DNA of 32,000 bases from Candidatus Methanophagaceae archaeon GoMg2 (GTDB lineage: Archaea > Halobacteriota > Syntropharchaeia > Alkanophagales > Methanospirareceae). The stretch is from the NCBI GenBank assembly GCA_013180585.1, contig QBUM01000250.1, positions 1 to 32,000 of the forward strand. Reading direction: 5' to 3'. Made by a program: the position numbers and the translations under genes. Of this stretch, positions 24,239 to 32,000 are shown one piece after another (positions within the stretch are counted from its first letter, which is position 1; each line of letters opens with the position of its first letter). A model generated the notes under the pieces. It saw nothing but the letters and a program-made list of their open reading frames with translations, had not been told where the DNA came from and searched no databases.

Positions 24239-24419
24239 ATTGTGGTTAACCAAACAAGCGCAAAAAAAATTAATAGCTACTCTTCCCTTCTTCAGGTGCC
24301 CTTGCGTGAAGCATTTTAGAGTATATACAGCAATCCGGATTTACCCTTGCTCCTATTCTTTCGTTGTAATCGCAAAATACAATATGCTATTTTTGCTTCG
24401 GGTTGGCATAGTTGATCCT

Positions 24420-25010
24420 TTAAGTTCTCTTCACCATCATCGTCAAATTCAAGTCTTTTTCCAGTATCTTCTCGTATTTACCTTTTATATGCGGCTTTAT
24501 CTTCTCCAAATCCCATATCCCCATGATTATCTCGCCAACCAACTCGCCATCGTCAAATAATCTTACCACGCCCTCACTCTCTGATACCACAATAGCCACG
24601 GCGTTTGTTTCTTTCGAGATAGAAGCGGCAGCCATGTGTCTGCTGCCAAACCCCATTGGAAGGTCTATATCATGGGAACCAGCTTCTATGTACCTCGCTG
24701 CGGAAAGAACATAGCCATCGGCACTGATGACAAATGCACCGTCCAGTTTCGACAGTTCGTTTAAAGTTCCCTGAACGTTTGCATTCCTTATATCCTTCAT
24801 CGCTTTTGGGTAATTTGCAAGTGGATCTAAGATTAAGGGTTTGGATTTCTTCAATACCGCTTCCTCGTCACCGACCACAAATAGTGCGCCTACCCGCCCC
24901 CTCTCTACACTGTGTCGCGCTATTCCCACCGCTATTTCTATCACCGTCTCTAACACTTCGGGGTCACAGTTCCTCCCCTCTTCACAGATTATGCCTGCTA
25001 TTTCTCTCAT
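24420..25010 (-). CDS. Diadenylate cyclase (DisA_N/DAC domain) protein
   Basis: GALFVVGDEE...LDGAFVISADGYVLSAARYI...GFGSRHMAAASISKETNAVAIVVSESEGVVRLFDDGELV contains the DGA and RHxAA DAC motifs. It is 196 aa with only a short N-terminal extension. Confidence 0.75.
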   Translation of the reverse strand: MREIAGIICEEGRNCDPEVLETVIEIAVGIARHSVERGRVGALFVVGDEEAVLKKSKPLILDPLANYPKAMKDIRNANVQGTLNELSKLDGAFVISADGYVLSAARYIEAGSHDIDLPMGFGSRHMAAASISKETNAVAIVVSESEGVVRLFDDGELVGEIIMGIWDLEKIKPHIKGKYEKILEKDLNLTMMVKRT

Positions 25011-25064
25011 ATACTAAAAATATAATCTCTCATTTGTTTATTAAATCGTAGAGGATAGCAAGAA

Positions 25065-25982
25065 ATGATAAATCCTGAGTCTTTTAGCACCGCGCCTCAT
25101 TTTGAGAAACGGATTGTGAAGGCATATTCGCCCTCGCACATCACGGGCTTCTTTATGATATGCGATAACAGAAATCCGTTGTATAAAGGCAGTGTTGGCG
25201 GTGGCATCGTATTAGATGCGGGTTGCCTGTCTGAAGTTTCTCTCAATGCCCCTCTGGAGGCAAGAACAGAGCTAAGAATAAACGGTGTAGAAACAGAGGA
25301 GGCGGATACCACTAAATACGTTGTTGATAGTATGATAGGGAAATGTGAGCAGGAGGTTAATGTAACAGTGTCAGCGAACTTTGAAGTTCCGGTAGGCTGT
25401 GGCTTTGGGGCAAGTGGTGCGGGTGCGCTCAGCACTGCCTGTGCACTAAACAAGTTGTTGTCGCTTAATATGACGTTTAGCGAAGTAGCGCAAATAGCAC
25501 ATCTCGCAGAAGTGGAGAACGGTACAGGCTTAGGTGATGTAATTGCTGAAGCATACGGCGGAGTGGTGATAAGAAGAAAGCCAGGTCCGCCGGGAATAGG
25601 TGTGATTGAGAAGATACCAAGTCCTGATGCAGAAGAAAAAATAAGCTCTGTTACATTCGGAACGAAATCAACAAAAGCGGTTTTAGCGGATGATTCCCTG
25701 AAGCGTAGGATAAACGAAGCAGGTAAGGCCGCACTGAAAGAGCTGATGAAAAAACTGAATTTAGATAATTTCATGCGGGTATCAAGGGATTTCTCATTAC
25801 GAAGCGGCGTAATAAGTGATAAATGTCGGGATGCGATAGAGGCGGTGGATGCGGAAGGTAAGGTTGCCAGTGTAGCGATGTTGGGAGAAACGGTTTTTGT
25901 CGTTGGCGATAGTGAAGCATTGAATGAGTTCGGAGAAGTAAAAGAAAGTAGAATATCGGATGTAGGTGCCAGGATTATTTAG
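25065..25982 (+). CDS. Pantoate kinase (archaeal CoA pathway, GHMP superfamily)
   Basis: AYSPSHITGFF; the GHMP motif VPVGCGFGASGAGALSTA; LGDVIAEAYGG. Size and pattern fit the COG1829 archaeal pantoate kinase. Confidence 0.7.
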   Translation: MINPESFSTAPHFEKRIVKAYSPSHITGFFMICDNRNPLYKGSVGGGIVLDAGCLSEVSLNAPLEARTELRINGVETEEADTTKYVVDSMIGKCEQEVNVTVSANFEVPVGCGFGASGAGALSTACALNKLLSLNMTFSEVAQIAHLAEVENGTGLGDVIAEAYGGVVIRRKPGPPGIGVIEKIPSPDAEEKISSVTFGTKSTKAVLADDSLKRRINEAGKAALKELMKKLNLDNFMRVSRDFSLRSGVISDKCRDAIEAVDAEGKVASVAMLGETVFVVGDSEALNEFGEVKESRISDVGARII

Positions 25983-26022
25983 CAATAAAAACCGATTACA
26001 GAAGCGCCTTAATCTTTAAATA

Positions 26023-26180
26023 GTATTTGTATAGCGAATTTTCAAAACCACGAGATTCCACAAGATTAACACAAGAAATTGGGATTAATGATCGATAATG
26101 TGGTCTATGGTATACTAAAATCGGGTTACTGCCCTTCTATTCTCGTGAAAATCAGTAAAATCTTGTGGTTAGCTAAACAA
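26023..26180 (+). mobile_element. Family-A MITE-like element, beta subtype (A6); overlaps the pheT stop codon
   Basis: gtatttgtatagcgaattttcaaaaccacgagattccacaagattaacacaaga...ttctcgtgaaaatcagtaaaatcttgtggttagctaaacaa. Confidence 0.65.
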
Positions 26181-27846
26181 TTACTTTAGATATACTTATC
26201 TCAAATCCCACCACAGGATAACTCAACCCGAAATTCAGAATAACTTCTGGATGTAGTTCGCCAAAAACGCCTATAAATTTGTTTTCTAATAATATATCCG
26301 CTCTTCTACCCTCTAAGAACGCCATATCCTCAGACATCACCACTTCTGCCGCTTCCCACCCCAACTCGTTCAGCACCGTATCAACCACCGACTTCACCTC
26401 CGCGAAATTCGCAGTCGCATGTGTTGAAATACCCGCAAGCCTGTATTCCTCTTTTAAGTTCAGCACTATCGGCCCCACCTCAAAAATACGCTGTGGCAAG
26501 TCCCGATGCTTGTTAAACGAAAGGATTTCCAGCAAATTAGGCATAATAGAGCATCTAAGCATCGTATGCTCGCTGCTTATCGGAGATGCTACTTTTACTG
26601 CAAACTCTGAAAAAGTTTGATCAAAACGCTTCGCAACTTTTAGCCTCTCCCTCTGCATCAGCTCAAACTGCTTCCGCTCTGAGGTTAATGTGAATGTCAA
26701 AACCTCAAAATACCCTAAGCCTGTCATTATTTCTCTTACCGTTCTATTTCTCTCTTCTATCGGATGCGCTTCGCCTATGAGCATCGTACCCGGAATCACA
26801 GGCTTTATCCGGTCATAGCCGTACCCAATAGCGATGTCTTCAATTATATCCCATGTGTGGAGTATATCATACCGATAAGCAGGGATTTGGACCTCTAACA
26901 TCCCTTCTGTTTTCGCTTTCGCGCCAAGTCCCATCCTCTCACAGCACTTCTTACAATCCTCCACGCTCAAGTCAATACCTGTAAGCGAAGTGACCTCTTT
27001 CACTGATATTTCCTTCGTCTTGATCTCAAAACGGGGTGTTTCTTTCTGCTCACCGCTTTTATCGCCAGGGAAGCGAAGCATCACCGATTGAATCTGCCCG
27101 CCTCTATCGGCAAGCGCGCATGCTATAATATTGAGTGCCCTCGAAACGCTTTCATTTAAGCCGGTAACCTCTATAAATATGTCCGTCGTGGATTCGGTTA
27201 CCCTTGTCCGCTCTGCGTTGATAATGGGTGGGAACGAAAGCGTTTTTCCTTCGCAATCCTGAATCAACGGATATTTAGCCTTGCCTTCGAGAATATAACG
27301 GAAACCAATACCCTTTGGATGCCGCTCTAAAATCTCCGCCATGCTCATCTCTTCTTCAAAGTCAAGCGGAACAAAAGAGAAGCTGGGATCAACAGCAAGA
27401 TACCGGAACGGTGGTTTCACGCCCGCTAAGTCATGCACGCCCACTGAGACTTTCGCCCTGTTACGACCTATTCCACGATGCAAATGCTCCTGTAAGAGCA
27501 TCAGCGATTCTATCGCCATTGAATCGAACTGCACGTTTCTTACCACACCGCAAACGAGGTAGGGTCGCACTTCCAGAACAGAAGGCTCCACAACCATCTC
27601 TATCCCCGATTTCGCCACCTCGTAGGTAACCAATCCCGTCTCGATGTCCAGAAACTGTTTCAGAGCACGAGAAACACCCTCTACACTGAAAAGGTCAGGT
27701 CTGTTCGGGAAAAACTCCACATCCATATACTCGGCTTCTGTTCTTTCTACATCCGCGCACATCAATGGCAGTCGCTCCTTTATCTTCTCGATGCTCACAC
27801 CGGTAAGTGCTTCCAAATCTTCATAAAACAGTTTTATTACGGGCAT
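26173..27846 (-). CDS. pheT: Phenylalanyl-tRNA synthetase beta subunit (archaeal type)
   Basis: 557 aa. MPVIKLFYEDLEALTG...VEFFPNRPDLFSVEGVSRAL...IPAYRYDILHTWDIIEDIAIGYGY matches the archaeal PheT pattern. Confidence 0.9.
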   Translation of the reverse strand: MPVIKLFYEDLEALTGVSIEKIKERLPLMCADVERTEAEYMDVEFFPNRPDLFSVEGVSRALKQFLDIETGLVTYEVAKSGIEMVVEPSVLEVRPYLVCGVVRNVQFDSMAIESLMLLQEHLHRGIGRNRAKVSVGVHDLAGVKPPFRYLAVDPSFSFVPLDFEEEMSMAEILERHPKGIGFRYILEGKAKYPLIQDCEGKTLSFPPIINAERTRVTESTTDIFIEVTGLNESVSRALNIIACALADRGGQIQSVMLRFPGDKSGEQKETPRFEIKTKEISVKEVTSLTGIDLSVEDCKKCCERMGLGAKAKTEGMLEVQIPAYRYDILHTWDIIEDIAIGYGYDRIKPVIPGTMLIGEAHPIEERNRTVREIMTGLGYFEVLTFTLTSERKQFELMQRERLKVAKRFDQTFSEFAVKVASPISSEHTMLRCSIMPNLLEILSFNKHRDLPQRIFEVGPIVLNLKEEYRLAGISTHATANFAEVKSVVDTVLNELGWEAAEVVMSEDMAFLEGRRADILLENKFIGVFGELHPEVILNFGLSYPVVGFEISISKVIV

Positions 27847-27949
27847 CTCTACATCTCAGTTATCTTTTGTAAATGTTTATCTCTTTTCGCTATAAAATTT
27901 ACTTCCATTATACTGTTGTATGAAATGAACCGAGCTTTTATATTCAGTT

Positions 27950-28477
27950 CTATTCTCCTCCAACATCCACCCACAGATGAAGTGAGCGATAAACCGGTTG
28001 CTCCCCCGCTTTATACAATAAGAATTCCATCTTTTGGTCCTCTCCTTTCTTCTTCGCTCTAAACATGAAAGGGGTCTCCCAAGTTTCATTATGTGATAAC
28101 GCAATAGCCTTCTCATCTATAACATCTCCATTCAACTGCACTTCCAGACGATAGGATGTATTGGCATATTCGTGATTTACAATGCCTATTATCACATTCC
28201 CCCCATCTCCGAGTTTTAAATCCGTAGGATAATCTGTGGCGTTTCCTTTAGGACCGAGAATATAAAATTCCGTGAACTTCTCGCCCTGTTTCGGCGTTAT
28301 TATGACATAAAGGGTCATAGAGATCGCAATGATAATCGCGATGACCAGAATGACAGTCAATATCTCATCTACCCTACTGCCTGTTCTTTTAAAAGGTACT
28401 TTACTCGTTCTTTTAAAAGGTATTTTACGCGTCTTCTGAAATGGTATCTTACCTGTCCTTCTAAACGATTTTTTCAC
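27950..28477 (-). CDS. DUF1616-family membrane protein
   Basis: A TM (ILTVILVIAIIIAISMTLYVII) is followed by EKFTEFYILGPKGNATDYPTDLKLGDGGNVIIGIVNHEYANTSYRLEV, the remembered DUF1616 pattern. The N-terminus has three basic 8-aa repeats. Confidence 0.6.
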   Translation of the reverse strand: MKKSFRRTGKIPFQKTRKIPFKRTSKVPFKRTGSRVDEILTVILVIAIIIAISMTLYVIITPKQGEKFTEFYILGPKGNATDYPTDLKLGDGGNVIIGIVNHEYANTSYRLEVQLNGDVIDEKAIALSHNETWETPFMFRAKKKGEDQKMEFLLYKAGEQPVYRSLHLWVDVGGE

Positions 28478-28540
28478 TTTTCTGTATTACATATTTATAC
28501 AAGTTGCCCGGATATTTCCTGTGATTTGTTGTCTGCCTGT

Positions 28541-29002
28541 TCACATCTGACTTTGTCCTGACGGTCCTGATGCGAGCCCCTGTAACCTCGCCTGTACCTT
28601 CTGCGCCTCTTGCTCTATCTGCTGCATTATTCCCGTCATTTCGCGCTGTGACAGCTCTAACTCTTCTTTCTTTTCCTTGAGGTACTGCGCAGATGAATCA
28701 GGATCTTTTTCCGCGCTTACCCCGCCACCTATCATAACTATTACACTATCGGTAGCGCTAAGCGTGACATAAATTGATGAATTCGCGCCTATTGGCACTA
28801 TCAGTTCGTCACCCTGTTTCAATTTCTTCAACTGTTTTATCGTCTCTATCGCCTTCTCGTGCTCGGCTATCGCCTGCTGGACAAAGAGCAACTCCTGAGA
28901 CGTTGCCTGCGCCTGCGCCTGGTATTGTCGTAAAGTTAATGCTAAAGTCTGCATTTCTGCTTGCTGATCCTTTCCACCCTCATCGCTCTCTCTTTCTTCC
29001 AT
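28541..29002 (-). CDS. pfdA: Prefoldin alpha subunit
   Basis: Coiled-coil flanks surround ELIVPIGANSSIYVTLSATDSVIVMIGGGVSAEKD, the alpha-type double beta-hairpin. The start may be the internal Met MQTLAL. Confidence 0.8.
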   Translation of the reverse strand: MEERESDEGGKDQQAEMQTLALTLRQYQAQAQATSQELLFVQQAIAEHEKAIETIKQLKKLKQGDELIVPIGANSSIYVTLSATDSVIVMIGGGVSAEKDPDSSAQYLKEKKEELELSQREMTGIMQQIEQEAQKVQARLQGLASGPSGQSQM

Positions 29003-29139
29003 TTCTATTACCCTTAATCTCCAATACCCCTTCGCCCTTTATCCTTATAAAGCCCTCTGGTTTATGAATAGAGTGATGGTTAAGCAGATGGATAGCATAG
29101 CGGGCTGAGGCAAAATTTGACTATAAAATACGGGTAAAA

Positions 29140-29547
29140 ATGCAGGGAAGCAGGATAAAAGGAAGAAGCATCTCAAAAGGAATAGCATCCGGGAAAGCGT
29201 TAATATCTAAGCAAAAAATCTCGTTCCTCGGTGCTGTGGATCCTACCACGGGCATTATTATAGATAAATCGCTTTATGTCTATGGAGAGGAGATAACAAA
29301 CCGGATTTTGATATTTCCGAGTGGAAAAGGTTCAACCGTTGGCTCTTATGTGATATACCAGCTTAAAAAGCATGGAAAAAGTCCTGCTGCGATGATTACT
29401 CGTCGTGTAGATACGATAGTGGCAGCAGGTGCGATTATAGCGGAGATACCTGTGGTTGATTCGCTTGAGATTGATCCGATTGAACGGATACGGGATGGAG
29501 GGGAGGTGCTTGTAAATGGAACAGAGGGCTATATTGAATTACGATGA
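29140..29547 (+). CDS. Aconitase X swivel-domain protein (DUF126); candidate phosphomevalonate dehydratase small subunit
   Basis: GRSISKGIASGKALISKQKISFLGAVDPTTGII...ILIFPSGKGSTVGSYVIYQLKKHGKSPAAMI matches the DUF126/AcnX small-subunit pattern. The functional name is inferred from the archaeal modified mevalonate pathway. Confidence 0.65.
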   Translation: MQGSRIKGRSISKGIASGKALISKQKISFLGAVDPTTGIIIDKSLYVYGEEITNRILIFPSGKGSTVGSYVIYQLKKHGKSPAAMITRRVDTIVAAGAIIAEIPVVDSLEIDPIERIRDGGEVLVNGTEGYIELR

Positions 29548-30487
29548 AGCGACGGGAAGAACATTAGAGCGACAGGGTTATCACTTCGTGGGAACGCACA
29601 AGCACAGTGCGGTGAAAACTTGTCTGTGGTTATGGAAGTCAATGAGAGGCGAAGGAAACTGCTATAAGGGTAAATTTTACGGCATCAGTGCACATAGGTG
29701 CATCCAGATGACGCCTTCTATATTCTGCAACCAGAGCTGCCTTCATTGTTGGCGCCCTCTTGAGGCGTTCAATATAGGGACAAAAAAGCGTGCAATCGTT
29801 TGGGATTCTCCCGCTGAGATAGTAGAGGGATGCCTGAGAGAGCAAAAGCGGCTCATTTCTGGCTTCAAAGGCTCACCCAGGACGAACATGGATGTTTTTA
29901 CTGAGGCTACACATCCAAAACACGTCGCTATTTCGCTCATTGGCGAGCCTACATTGTACCCCTATCTGAAGGAACTCATAGAGGAATTCCATGCCCGTGA
30001 CATGACCACGTTTGTGGTGACAAACGGCACGAATCCAGAAGTGGTGCGAGAAATAAGCCCAACTCAATTGTATTTATCCTTGAATGCACCCGATGAACTC
30101 GTTTATAATACAGTTTCTCCCGCTGGTTACTGGTCTCGTATAAACGAATCGTTGGGAGAGCTGAGAAGGCAGAAGGTTAGAACAGTGATAAGAATCACCT
30201 GCGTGGAAGGGGTGAACATGTTGAATCCCGAAGGCTATGCAGAATTGCTAAAGATAGCGAATCCCAATTTTGTCGAGGTAAAGGCATATATGCACATTGG
30301 ATATTCAAGGAAACGGCTAAGTCGGGACGCTATGCCCACGCATTCGCGTGTGAAGGATTTTGCCGGTGAGATTGTAGATTGCTTAGTTGCACAGGGGCAG
30401 GAATATCGGATTGCTGATGACTCAGAGATAAGTCGGGTGGTTCTTATTTCATCTAAAAAAGCGATATCAAAATTAAATTGCTTTTGA
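29516..30487 (+). CDS. taw1: tRNA 4-demethylwyosine synthase (TYW1/Taw1, radical SAM)
   Basis: HSAVKTCLWLWKSMRGEGNCYKGKFYGISAHRCIQMTPSIFCNQSCLHCWR (radical-SAM Cx3Cx2C plus N-terminal cluster cysteines); AISLIGEPTLYP. Overlaps the upstream gene by 32 nt. Confidence 0.85.
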   Translation: MEQRAILNYDEATGRTLERQGYHFVGTHKHSAVKTCLWLWKSMRGEGNCYKGKFYGISAHRCIQMTPSIFCNQSCLHCWRPLEAFNIGTKKRAIVWDSPAEIVEGCLREQKRLISGFKGSPRTNMDVFTEATHPKHVAISLIGEPTLYPYLKELIEEFHARDMTTFVVTNGTNPEVVREISPTQLYLSLNAPDELVYNTVSPAGYWSRINESLGELRRQKVRTVIRITCVEGVNMLNPEGYAELLKIANPNFVEVKAYMHIGYSRKRLSRDAMPTHSRVKDFAGEIVDCLVAQGQEYRIADDSEISRVVLISSKKAISKLNCF

Positions 30488-30513
30488 CGCCTTTTTTGTT
30501 CTTAGCGGTAGAG

Positions 30514-31691
<1,178 letters not shown>

Positions 31692-31820
31692 AATAAGCGC
31701 ATCGGAGAAGAACGAAATAATATTGTAGTGCGTAAGGTGATAGCTTTGCGCATATGATTTTTTTTTGATTAATTCTATACCTATTTTTTAATATTGGATA
31801 GACATTATTGCTATAATGAA

Positions 31821-32000
31821 ATGAAGATTCCAGTTGATAAGCCAGTTCTGGTAACCTCTGCACTGCCTTATGTTAATGGTGAGTGTCACATAGGGCACCT
31901 CAGGACTTACGTCCCCGCTGATATCTACGTGCGGATGCTCCGGAAAATGGGCTACGATGTACGTTTTATTAGCGGTTCCGATACGCATGGAACGCCGATT
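31821..32000 (+). CDS. metG: Methionyl-tRNA synthetase, 5' part; runs off the window
   Basis: Hand translation gives [60 protein letters not shown], a class I HIGH motif in MetRS context. The frame is open to the window end, so it is absent from the ORF track. Confidence 0.8.
   Translation, partial: MKIPVDKPVLVTSALPYVNGECHIGHLRTYVPADIYVRMLRKMGYDVRFISGSDTHGTPI

Noticed and set aside
5404-26180. Possibility that the recurring ccacgagatt-type repeats form a CRISPR array
   Set aside because: The copies are 160-bp composite elements scattered kilobases apart in both orientations. They do not have short direct repeats with regular 30-40-nt spacers, and no cas genes are present.
29072-29110. Possible C/D-box sRNA (gtgatgg ... 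ctga) in the pfdA / AcnX intergenic region
   Set aside because: The two boxes are imperfect and only ~25 nt apart. There are no internal C' or D' boxes and no terminal stem, so the candidate is too short for an archaeal C/D sRNA.

Overview
Archaeal chromosomal window. The gene content fits a Methanosarcinales / ANME-2d 'Methanoperedens'-like euryarchaeon: multihaem cytochromes, archaeosortase with PGF-CTERM, and archaeal-type tfb, gar1, taw1, pantoate kinase, ribC and prefoldin. That assignment is an inference and no database search was possible. Housekeeping genes sit at both edges. On the left are an Fe-S protein, gar1 and a tfb-like gene. On the right are a diadenylate cyclase, pantoate kinase, pheT, pfdA, an AcnX small subunit, taw1, ribC and the metG 5' end. 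Between them lies a ~22-kb accessory core with four parts. (i) 1.7-3.65 kb holds a decayed three-gene ABC-transporter operon. (ii) 3.9-11 kb holds a c-type cytochrome / CcmF / NapC-like cluster. (iii) 11-14.5 kb holds a few metabolic and membrane genes: a Yip1-like protein, sppA, ilvE and a DUF357 protein. (iv) 14.5-23.6 kb holds a same-strand cell-surface module. It contains a small archaeosortase, a Cys-less paralogue of it, a vWA-DUF11 protein with a non-PGF C-terminal sorting tail, a PGF-CTERM Ig-like protein, and a 1553-aa secreted protein. That giant protein is built from two copies of an unrecognised ~650-aa module, with a vWA domain inserted into the first copy. I consider this module the best candidate for an undescribed system. 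The window also carries at least 13 copies of MITE-like repeats in three families. Their termini are arrays of ~10-nt sub-repeats, and they bracket gene cassettes, interrupt genes and supply the pheT stop codon. No rRNA, tRNA or CRISPR array was seen. CDS coordinates follow the supplied ORF track. Where I moved a start codon, and for all repeat boundaries, coordinates are read by eye and may be off by a few bases.
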